A stretch of 63,859 nucleotides of DNA, the filler included, from Octopus bimaculoides (Eukaryota), in NCBI RefSeq assembly GCF_001194135.2. It is 6 parts of 4 records of this genome, joined end to end, with 100 filler letters (N's around TTAATTAATTAA, not from the genome) between each part and the next. Parts side by side here need not be neighbours in the genome. Positions count along the whole stretch, not along the records: positions 19,159 to 32,991 come from NC_068986.1; positions 33,092 to 45,120 come from NC_068997.1; 4 more parts are not named here. One strand, written 5' to 3'. The notes below the pieces were generated by a model. It searched no databases. It was not told the origin of the DNA and saw nothing but the letters and a program-made list of their open reading frames with translations. Every line of letters starts with the position of its first letter. Position 1 is the first letter of the stretch. Positions 25,545-36,499 of the stretch are shown piece after piece. The position numbers were made by a program, and so were the translations under genes.

Positions 25545-27985
25545 CAGTAATTTTGAGGGGAGGAGGAAGTGGATTACATCAACCACAGTGCTCAACGGGT
25601 AATTATTTTAGTAATCCCTACAAAGGCTAGAAGGCAAAGTTAACCTCGGTTGAATTCTTTACTCAGAACGCAAAGAGTCGGAAAAAAATATCGCTAAGCA
25701 TTTTGTCTGGTGCCATAACAATTGTGCCAGCTATCATATTATTATTGGTTTAAAAATTTCGGGGGAGGGGATAAGTCGATTACATCATCCCCAATGTTCA
25801 ACAAGTGCTTATTTTATCGACCTCGAAAGGATGAAATGCAAAGTCAACTTCGGCAGAATTTGCACTTAGAAGGTAAGTGCTGACGAAATACCACAAAGCA
25901 TTTTGCTCAGCATGCTTACGATTCTGCCAGCTCGCCCTTTTATCTATTGTGTTAATATTGCTTTCAAGTTTTTATCCTAAATCCAGCTATTGTATTAATA
26001 ATAGAATGATGTAAATACGAAGGAACATATATAATAAAGACATGAGGCTGGCTGACCTAGACAACATTAGAGAAACATCACGATTGGAACCATATTTTCT
26101 GCTCGGTTCTGAGGATGTACTTGAAAAGGGTGCGAAGAGAAAATATACCAGTAACAACAATAGCACAATTAATCCATACGACAATAGTAGTTCCTCAAAG
26201 AATTGATTTAAGACAAATTTGATACTATTGATTGCATTAACTGCAATTGACGCAAAAGTGTGTCTACTTTAATGTGTTAGGCTAGAAACTTCATCATATT
26301 ACAATTTCTCACGTCAGTATGGCAAGATCATTTACATCACAAGAGTGTTATGATCATTAAAGATTGGCAAATTAATGAAAAAATTATAGAAAAACTAAAT
26401 AAAAGAATGCAGCTGAATTACAATATACTGCAAGAAGAAAAAGCGATAAAATAGAGCAGCTATTATTTAGATCTGTAAAAAAAAAAGCGTATGTTATCAT
26501 GCCATTAGTAATGGAAGCAAATTGCCTAAATATTTTCTTATTGTCCTACTTTGCCTTTCTAAATCATCTAGGGAAACTCCATACCAATTTCACCACGTTT
26601 GTCAGCTCAAACCATAACGTGAGTTCCGTACGTCATTTGATTGTAGTAAAATGGCCGTAGAATTCGAATGCCTTTACTGGTCTTCTTTATGCAAGACAGT
26701 TCGATTTCGTCAATTAAATTTTAAGCATTGAGAATATTGCTTTTTCCGTTGAATGAACAAGTAAAAGTTAAAGAACTTGAATACGATTGCAAGTATTCTT
26801 CGTAAAGTAAATTTTACATTCAAATAGCACATGTTTAAAAACGCCCACGTTTACATGTGATCTAAATTTTAAGAAAGGTAGTTTAAAATTAGCCAATGAC
26901 AGTCGTGTAATTCTTGTCTGTTTTAAAAATTCAGTTTTAATTTTACTATAATTAGCCTTTTTAATTCTTAGTTATCCAATATTCCGTTCTATAACTTTCT
27001 GGATGACTGTAATATCTTGCTTACGACACTTCTCCGTATGTTTTTTTAACTGATTGAATATTCGAGAGAATGTATTCCAATACTTATATAAATATAATGT
27101 GTTGTGTACATGTGTGCATGCTTATGGGTTGTTTATGTTGTTTATGTGCATGTTTGCTTAGATTATTGTAGTAACCATGAAAAAGTAACTTGAAGTATAC
27201 GTACACGACTGGAGATTCACGGCAAAACTCAAAAGAACTTAGAAAGGGAATGTATGAAATAATGGTTATTTCTCCTCAATATAATAGTTCCTATATAGAG
27301 TAACATTATTTATACAGATTTGTTAAAATAGTCAAGAAGACATCTTATTTTTCATAAAGTGCAGGCACGGCTGTGTGGTTCAGAAGTACTTTGCAGCCAC
27401 AGGCTGTATGGTTCAGAAGCACTTCTACTGTGTGGCACTTCTGGCATAGTTTAGATTACAGTCTTGGACTGACCAATGCCTTGTGAGTGAATTTGGTAGT
27501 GGGAGGATGTCTGGAAGACCGTCGTATGTGTATGTGCATTTGTCCGTGCGTGCGTACCTATGAATGGTTGTTTTGTGCTTGTCCCCACCGCTTCAGAACC
27601 GGTGTTGGTATGCTTACGTCTTTAGCGGTTCGGCAAAAGGCACCAATAGAATAGGTGCCAGATTTTAAAATAAGTATTGTGGTCAATTTATTCGACTAAA
27701 ACCTTACAAGGCGATGTTCCAGCACGGCCGCAGTCCAATGACTGACAAAATTAAAAAATAAAACTCATAATAATATTGATTTCAATTTTTGGCCCAAAGA
27801 CAGCTATTCCGGGGTAGTGGGTTAGTCGATTATAACATCCCAGTGTTCAACAAGTATTTATTTTATCGACCCCGAAAGGATGAAAGGCAAAGTCGACCTA
27901 GACGGAATTTGAACTAAGAAGGCGAAGACAGTCTAAATGACGCTAAGCATTTCGTCCGGTGCGCTAACGATTCTGCCAGCTCACC
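25545..27985. mobile_element. SINE-A copies (~25545-25720, 25755-25935, 27780-27985, all minus) and SINE-B (~27360-27760, plus)
   Basis: Reverse-complement core CCCCGAAAGGATGAAAGGCAAAGTCGAC and diverged versions. Confidence 0.75.
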
Positions 27986-29300
27986 GCATTATGTTATATA
28001 GATAATGATATTGGAAAGGTTTGCTTCAAATTTAGATAAGAAATTATACTTAACAGCCTATAATGCACGTTAAATACGTTTATATTATTTTGAGAGGAGG
28101 TTTACTAAATACAGAGGCGAAGAACAGAAAAAAACCCACATTCACCTAGAAGAAAATTAATTCAAATCTTGTTATTCTAGTAGGACTTCTAGCCAGCATC
28201 TTTGTGGATTCTTCAAATGTTTACATGTCTAGCAATTATCTAAATTCTGCAACTCTACCGTTTAAGTTTCACAGGGGATCATTAAGAGAGGAAATAACGC
28301 GGATGCTTCTAACTTCAATAACAGACTCTATGGTACCAGTTATTGTTCAGCTGAACAAAATTCTACTAGCCAAGCGCATTAACGTTTTAGATTGAGAGGT
28401 TTCGTAATTTCCTTTTGCTAATCGAAATGGTAAATATTCCTTGACACGATATTACAGCAATGCTGTTCTTGTGAATATCAACTTCTTCACAATCGTCTCA
28501 GTTCTGTCTTTATACGGTACCGATAATTGATTTTAATTCACTTGCTAGACTCAGTTGCTTGTTCTATCAAGACACTTCCTTTTTTGTTCAAACATATGAC
28601 TAAAAGTAAACGTTTAATCCTTGAGCATCAAACATCATACGACTGTGGAATTTTTTCAAATTAAAATATTCTTATGAACAACAGTATAAGTTTGTCTTTA
28701 GCTACACTTGACCGATAATCTATCCATTTCTGCCGGAGAATGCTTATATTACTATTCCAATTTCCTTGAAGAGCTCTTTTACATTTGGAGAATACATAAA
28801 AGTCTTCGCAAGAGATCATGTGAGAAAAATTATATTTTAAATGACTTTAAATCCCGATAAATTTGAAGTTATATTCCTTCTTAACGTCTATATAAAAGAA
28901 ATTTCAGTACAAAATCATATTTTATAAACACATTCACTTCGCATAATAAGCCTGTCCCAATCAGTTCTCCAGATTTAAAACAAATTTCTTTTACTAGTTT
29001 CAGTCATTGGACTACGGGCATTCTAGAGCAACTTGCGAAGAGTTTTATTCGAACAAATTAACCCCAATACATATTTCCAAGCTCTAGTATTTATTCTATC
29101 GGTTTGGCATTGTATAATTTCAGTAATTTAATACCTCGCTTTGATGATCTACAGTTGCAATGACTAGGATCATGTACACTTATGCTTCTGACTACAATAT
29201 ATNNNNNNNNNNNNNNNNNNNNNNNNNNNNNNNNNNNNNNNNNNNNNNNNNNNNNNNNNNNNNNNNNNNNNNNNNNNNNNNNNNNNNNNNNNNNNNNNNN

Positions 29301-29334
<34 letters not shown>

Positions 29335-29619
29335 TATATATATGTTAGCGCTGAAGATAGAACTGCATTTAAATTGATGCAATGATTGCATTGCTCAAAT
29401 ACATGGAGTCGTTTAAAACGGTCGTACTGCATTACTACCTGATATCCTGTTGGTTATTTGATTTTATTCACCTTACTTCAATGTGTGCGGATAATACCAG
29501 ACTGACTTGATGCTTCAACTTAAGTACCTAATACAACTGAATCTTAATTATTCTATATACATATATAACAGGTGAATAAGGTGAATAAGGCGATATCAAG
29601 TGAATATATATACATACAT

Positions 29620-29653
<34 letters not shown>

Positions 29654-30520
29654 GAAGGAAAATGTTCTCTATGTGGCTTGTGTGTTTTCTGTACTCTGGT
29701 TATTATTATTTTCTTGTCTACGTTTTGTTTGCAATGTCCTGTACCCAGATATGCACCTATATATACAGGTAGATGTAGGTATGCACATACCTGTACGTAT
29801 ATATGCATATACTCATTTATTATTTGTTTTATATATATGTATCAATATATATGCGTATAAATAATTGTGTATACGTGTATAAATAATTGAAGAATCCTGG
29901 GTTATATAATCACCTCATTGTTGCATTATTAAAGCAAATAGTTCATAATAAATTAGAAAACCCCACTAACATATGTCTATTCGATAAAAATAGAAGATAT
30001 TTTATGAACCAAGAAAGTAACACAGAAAATAGTGTACACACGTGCGTGCACACGCATATACATAACTGAACGCCTGTATATTTGGGTACACACATACATA
30101 TATGTACCATATATGAAATTACTCGTGTGTTAAAGAGTGTCTTGTTTCATTGGTATAGTGTACTACGGAACATATGTATACATGTTTTACGCTACTCTGA
30201 GTGTTACACAGCTGTAAACAACGATGCTGCAGTTTGTTTGTGGATAGAAAACAAAGGTTCATTTGTACATATTTTTCCTCGCGTGTTGGAGTCATCATTG
30301 TGGGTTTTGTATATAGTTGTCTGTATCTAAAAGTTCACGTATCCATTACGTATGTATGTATGTATGTATGTATGTATGTATGTATGTATGTATGTATGTC
30401 TATTTATCTATTTCTGTGTAAATAGATTATGCATAAATAGACATTTATATATATATATATATATATAATATTAGGGACAAAATCCAAAATTACAGGTAAA
30501 AAACTCAATTAAAATCAATG

Positions 30521-30551
<31 letters not shown>

Positions 30552-30873
30552 CGGCAATCTTCTTTCAGTTTCTGTCTACCAACTCCACTCACAAGGCTTT
30601 GGTCAGCCTAAGTAGAAGATACTTGTCCAAGGTGCCATNNNNNNNNNNNNNNNNNNNNNNNNNNNNNNNNNNNNNNNNNNNNNNNNNNNNNNNNNNNNNN
30701 NNNNNNNNNNNNNNNNNNNNNNNNNNNNNNNNNNNNNNNNNNNNNNNNNNNNNNNNNNNNNNNNNNNNNNNNNNNNNNNNNNNNNNNNNNNNNNNNNNNN
30801 NNNNNNNNNNNNNNNNNNNNNNNNNNNNNNNNNNNNNNNNNNNNNNNNNNNNNNNNNNNNNNNNNNNNNNNNN

Positions 30874-30930
<57 letters not shown>

Positions 30931-31199
30931 CATACACATATATACACACACACATACACGAACAAACATATACAAATGGGCATTGCTGCAGCACGGTCGC
31001 AGTCCAGTAACTGAAACAAGGAAAAGATAAAAGATATGTATGAAGACGAATAGGAAGAAAGATAAATAGGTGTTAGTTTGTGTGTGTTAGTTTGTGTATG
31101 TGTACGTGCGAGTGTATTTATAAACAGCCAAAAAATCTTTATGTACATTGCTGAGGGAATCCGTGTTTAGTCAGTGTTCAAAATTCAAGGCATCGAGGT

Positions 31200-31405
31200 G
31201 ACGGAATCTTTAGCACGTCAGCGAAATACTTAGCAGCATTTTGTCCGTCTATACGTTCTAAGTTCGAATTCCGTTCTGAGGTCGACATTGCCTTTCATCC
31301 TTTCGGGGTCGCTAAAATGAGTGCCAGTTGAGCACTGTGGTCGATGTAATCGGCTTGCCCTATCCTCCGAAATTGTTGGTCTTGTGTCAAAATTTGAAAT
31401 CATAA
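31200..31405 (+). mobile_element. SINE family A
   Basis: Core GTCGACATTGCCTTTCATCCTTTCGGGGTCG. Confidence 0.8.
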
Positions 31406-31820
31406 TAAATTTCGGAATTCCAACTACAGTCACGAGGTATCATTCATAACGTGTCATACAAAATAACTGATGATTCCTGGAACACGATCGAAACTATATT
31501 GTCTGAAACTATATAGTAAGTATATCAATATGAATTTTCATCATCAATTTTGAGTCCTAGCAACAAAGTTATTCTATAACAATGTTTCCGATCAAGACAA
31601 AAGCAACCTCTTCCTAGACATCTAACTTACTGGTCTGAGGCAGATTTGGCTGCTAAATCCGCCTCAGAGGCTTTGCAATCGGTATATAGAGAAATTAGAG
31701 TTTTGTTGTTGTTGTTTTTGTCATTTAGCCCTTGTCAGCTACAGTTAAGCAGATTTGTTAAGGTCTGGTTGCTTTATAATAGCATGGAGTGAACATCATT
31801 AAAAATCTCTCTCTCTCTTA

Positions 31821-31902
<82 letters not shown>

Positions 31903-32991
31903 NNNNNNNNNNNNNNNNNNNNNNNNNNNNNNNNNNNNNNNNNNNNNNNNNNNNNNNNNNNNNNNNNNNNNNNNNNNNNNNNNNNNNNNNNNNNNNNNNN
32001 NNNNNNNNNNNNNNNNNNNNNNNNNNNNNNNNNNNNNNNNNNNNNNNNNNNNNNNNNNNNNNNNNNNNNNNNNNNNNNNNNNNNNNNNNNNNNNNNNNNN
32101 NNNNNNNNNNNNNNNNNNNNNNNNNNNNNNNNNNNNNNNNNNNNNNNNNNNNNNNNNNNNNNNNNNNNNNNNNNNNNNNNNNNNNNNNNNNNNNNNNNNN
32201 NNNNNNNNNNNNNNNNNNNNNNNNNNNNNNNNNNNNNNNNNNNNNNNNNNNNNNNNNNNNNNNNNNNNNNNNNNNNNNNNNNNNNNNNNNNNNNNNNATA
32301 TATACATACTTACGTACATACACACATACACATATACACACATATATATACACATACAGATATCTGTGAGTATGTATGTATATATCTATTAGACTGATCG
32401 AGGTGGCTCCAGGTTGGTGATGACTCGAGAACGTAGCATTGAAAAGTTGCTGAAGTGGTGAAATGCGCAGTCTTTTCTGGTCAATTTCTTCTATATCCAG
32501 CTCTGAAGTATATTCTGCTTTTTCAACATACCACGTCTATAAAGAGGTCATTCCCGAGACGACCACTGCAGGCTCTGACGTTACGCATATCATGTACATA
32601 AACATTTTAATTTAGAGTTGAATCTGTTATATAATCTTAATACACATACACACAGAAACACACACACACAGACACACATACACACACATATTTATACATA
32701 CATGCATACTTGCATATCATCATACATACATATACCTATACTATAATATAAATACATATATACTATATATTCTGCATATACTTGTGATATATGTACTAAA
32801 TATATATATAAATGGAGAATCGACATTTTTGTCATATGGATGATGTTGACATATGTGGTCAGTTAGATTATCTTGACATTTGGCCAGTTAGTTCCTGTTG
32901 ACATTTCGCCAGATAGAATATATTGACATATGAAAATGTTGGTTAGATAATGTTGCAAGAATTTGTTTATACATTTTCATGATAGATATAT

Positions 32992-33091
32992 NNNNNNNNN
33001 NNNNNNNNNNNNNNNNNNNNNNNNNNNNNNNNNNNTTAATTAATTAANNNNNNNNNNNNNNNNNNNNNNNNNNNNNNNNNNNNNNNNNNNN
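32992..33091. other. Artificial scaffold-joining spacer 3
   Basis: 44 N + TTAATTAATTAA (33036-33047) + 44 N. Confidence 0.95.
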
Positions 33092-34019
33092 TTGGTGAAT
33101 ATGTGCGTGAAGGGGCGGGAAGGGCGGGAAGAGATACTATGGAGTAGTTTGATGATTTATAGTTTCACGGCTTCTCTCGCTCCTCGGTGTGTAATCCAAG
33201 ATTTTTCCTTGAGATTTATGACTGGCACTAAAGCCAGTGGTGACCTATCAACGGGGAAAGCCGTCTGTTGAATCTTGGTGTGCCTTGTTGTTGTTGCTGT
33301 TGCTGTTGCTGTTAATGGTGGTGGTGGTGGTGGTTGTATTGACGGTGGTAGTGGTGAGGAAGTGGGTGATGGTTGCAATCTTGTTGAGGATGGTGGTAGT
33401 GTAGTAGTGACGTTGATGGTTGTAGTAACGAAAGTGGTGGTGATTATAGCGGTGATAACTGTGTTGTTAGTGGTAGTAGTATAAAAGTTTCGTAGTAGTA
33501 GTAGTAGTGCTATCACGTTGGTGTAGTGAATGTTTAAAGCTCATGTCAACCTTGTTTGGAGCATGCCTACGACCAATGACAATCCCATCATGCCCCTTTC
33601 GTTTTTATTCCCATCAACCCACCTTCATTGTGAGCATAGAATCCAAGATTACATTAACCAACATAGCCATTTCTAGGAGGAAGAGTGTACTTTGACTCCA
33701 ATTTCTGGAATTTATGTTTATGACACAGGTAGCATTAGTTGTTTAAACCCCCAGGCCAGCTCTAATAGAATAGATTTAGGATCAAAGGCGTTCCAACCAT
33801 GCTTACCCTGTCTCTTTGAATCACGAAAACCAACTGTCTTTATTCTGTTTCTGAACAGTATGTTATGAGTGAGATTTTGGCTACTGTTTCTAACAAATTG
33901 AGTGGTGACGTAGAAGCTTGCGCTGCTGGTGGTGGTGGTGGTGGTTTTGGGTTGCAATGAGAGAGATATGGTTGCTGTTTCTAGAAAATCGAGTGACAAC
34001 ACAGATACTTCAAAAACTA

Positions 34020-34247
34020 TTGGGTTGTCCGGAAAGTTCGTGCCGATTTATAGTAGCTTACCTTTCGACTTATTTGCCATGAAACTAGCTAAATTCTAGG
34101 AAGAAGGTATTTCCAAGTTAAAGGAAAGATGGAGACGCATTGTGCAACCAAATGGTTCATATTTGGTTGATTAAAAATGTAATGGCAAGTATTTATTGAT
34201 CTTTTTCCTTCCTTTAAAAATCGGCGCGAAATTTCCGGACAACCCAA
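34020..34247 (+). mobile_element. Mariner non-autonomous deletion derivative with 30-bp TIRs and TA TSD
   Basis: TA-TTGGGTTGTCCGGAAAGTTCGTGCCGATTT ... AAATCGGCGCGAAATTTCCGGACAACCCAA-TA; internal EEGISKLKERWRRIVQPNGSYLVD* is a mariner transposase C-terminus. Confidence 0.9.
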
Positions 34248-34992
34248 TATTAACTCTATTGATTTATGGTGAAAATGAATTTTATATCAATGATTATCAT
34301 AAAAAAAAACTGCACCGATACACCAAATATGAAATCAATAGGAATCAAAACTGAAGAAATTGAAAAGTGGTTGTCAAGTGGGAGAAAATATTCCACAGCG
34401 GTAGTAGGTTGCGTTTAGATGACATGAACGGAATTTCGTTGTTGTTTCTAGCAGATCAAGTGACAACGCAGAAGCTCCTATCGTTAGCGGTGGCAGAAGT
34501 GTTGCGGTGGTGGTGTTTCGGTGAAGAATTTCTTGGTCCAGTTTTCTCCTAGCTGAGAAACTTAGGACAAAATAAGACGTATGCATGTGTATTTGTCTTT
34601 CCTTATGTGCATGTTCTGTGTGTTTCTTCCACAGTCGAATGTGTATGCATGTGTGTGCGCTCGTGTGTTTGAAGTAGGTGGATTCCTAAAAGAAAACCAT
34701 AAGATATCAAATTCTGAAAATATTCCAGAACTGCGCACTATTCTACAAAGATTCGTGTTTTTCTTTATTTTTTTTTCTTCTTTTTTTTTCTGCTACTGTT
34801 GATGAAATGTGATGGGTTTATGTGGACCCGTGTTGATAAGGACAGATTCTGTTTCTGAATGAAATGAAACAATTTGAAGGTCATAGTCCCTGAGTTCGCT
34901 ACTACTGACATTTCCCTTATTGTCAAAGCGATACTGTTCGCTTCCATTATTGTCAAAGTCATTATATCTGTTGTAATTGTTGTTGTTGTTGA

Positions 34993-35023
<31 letters not shown>

Positions 35024-35427
35024 CTTCTTCTTCTTCTTCTTCTTCTTCTTCTTCTTCTTCTTCTTCTTCTTCTTCTTCTTCTTCTTCTCATTATTATTAT
35101 TATTATTATTATTATTTTATGTTTGACTTTTNNNNNNNNNNNNNNNNNNNNNNNNNNNNNNNNNNNNNNNNNNNNNNNNNNNNNNNNNNNNNNNNNNNNN
35201 NNNNNNNNNNNNNNNNNNNNNNNNNNNNNNNNNNNNNNNNNNNNNNNNNNNNNNNNNNNNNNNNNNNNNNNNNNNNNNNNNNNNNNNNNNNNNNNNNNNN
35301 NNNNNNNNNNNNNNNNNNNNNNNNNNNNNNNNNNNNNNNNNNNNNNNNNNNNNNNNNNNNNNNNNNNNNNNNNNNNNNNNNNNNNNNNNNNNNNNNNNNN
35401 NNNNNNNNNNNNNNNNNNNNNNNNNNN

Positions 35428-35479
<52 letters not shown>

Positions 35480-35505
35480 CGTGGTGGTTATTTACCCCTA
35501 GGCAA

Positions 35506-35887
35506 AGAGATTTAGAAATATTAATATTTCTATTTTAGAAAACCAGTGGATGTGTTCCACTGAAAATATGTAAATAAGCCGTCGAACAGACAGTCAGCAG
35601 CGACGCCTGCTGGGTTCGGCTACTCCACATTGATAAGGGGCAATCACCCCGAAACTAGTCTGTGGATGTTGAACCAGCAAAGGGAAGCTGCTGACCTCTC
35701 TGTTCGAAGGTTGTAATGGACACAGGTTTGTGTGTCACATGACTAGCTAGAGGCGATGGCCTCTTGGAGCTAATCAACGGCAGCATTCGTCCTGTTTTCC
35801 TGGACTGCCATGTTAGCTTGGAGAAAACTATCAATATCCAGTGCTGCTGACGTAGTCTCCTTTAGAGAGATTTAGAAATATTAATAT
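35506..35887 (+). mobile_element. Retrozyme/Penelope-like non-coding insertion bounded by a 22-bp direct repeat
   Basis: AGAGATTTAGAAATATTAATAT at 35506-35527 and 35866-35887 (360-bp spacing). The interior is richer in GC than its flanks and carries a hammerhead motif. Confidence 0.65.
35608..35679 (+). ncRNA. Minimal type I hammerhead ribozyme (U3-A8 core variant)
   Basis: Helix I TCCACA/TGTGGA (35624-29/35661-66), extended by TGCTGGGTTCGGC/GTTGAACCAGCA. Core TTGATAA 35630-36; stem II GGGG-CAATCA-CCCC; GAAA 35651-54; palindromic stem III ACTAGT; cleavage triplet GTC 35658-60. Confidence 0.8.
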
Positions 35888-36015
35888 GGCTATATGCTTG
35901 TGTGTGTGGGTGTGTGCATGCGCACACACAGACGTACACGTTCTAAGGTATTTGTTTGCCCTCGGTAGATATTTAAGCGTTTTGTATTTTGTATTTGTGT
36001 TGTTGTTGTTGTTGC

Positions 36016-36064
<49 letters not shown>

Positions 36065-36103
36065 AATATTATTATTATCACCATCATCATCGTCTAATTT
36101 CAG

Positions 36104-36447
36104 GTCCGAATTCATCGCAGCGTAGAAGAGGCCGGCAGACGTACAGTCGTTTCCAAACTTTGGAACTTGAAAAAGAATTCCAGTACAATAACTACTTGAC
36201 ACGGAAGCGAAGGATCGAAGTGGCCCATGCGCTGAATTTATCGGAAAGACAGGTGAAAATCTGGTTCCAGAACCGAAGAATGAAATTAAAGAAAGAAAAA
36301 CAACAGATTCGGGAATTAAACGTAGCCTGCCGCCCGAACGCAGGGAGATTAACAAACAATTGCAGTGACTCGGAGGAAAACGATGTGAAAGTCGAATTAA
36401 GAAAGAGCAATTTTGACTGTCAGCCTCAATTATCTCCGACTACGTAA
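36104..36447 (+). CDS. Lox4: Hox protein Lox4, homeobox-containing last exon
   Basis: Acceptor TTTCAG|; [73 protein letters not shown]. The UbdA-type parapeptide QQIRELN plus [15 protein letters not shown], KRRIE and MKLKKE favour Lox4 over Lox2 (which has MKEKKE). Exon 1 with the YPWM hexapeptide is not visible. Confidence 0.88.
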
Positions 36448-36499
36448 CTAGATGACAGAAAACGGTCGCAGCAGGGACCAAACGCCTTGCGGTATTTAG

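Noticed and set aside
26030-26210. Coding-looking stretch MRLADLDNIRETSRLEPYFLLG...
   Set aside because: No recognisable family, an in-frame stop just upstream and no good acceptor.
31467-31503. CTGATGA...CGAAAC-TATATT-GTC hammerhead-like core
   Set aside because: Core words are present, but helix I does not pair (AAATAA versus TGAAAC) and stem II is unconvincing; at most a decayed relic.
33157-33516. Pro/Thr-rich minus-strand ORF as a mucin or as Lox4 exon 1
   Set aside because: Built from degenerate GGT/GTT/GTA triplet repeats, on the wrong strand for Lox4, with no YPWM motif or splice support.
11712-36447. Synteny of MEIG1, Lox4 and the CCP gene
   Set aside because: Concatenation artefact: the genes lie on different pieces joined by spacers.
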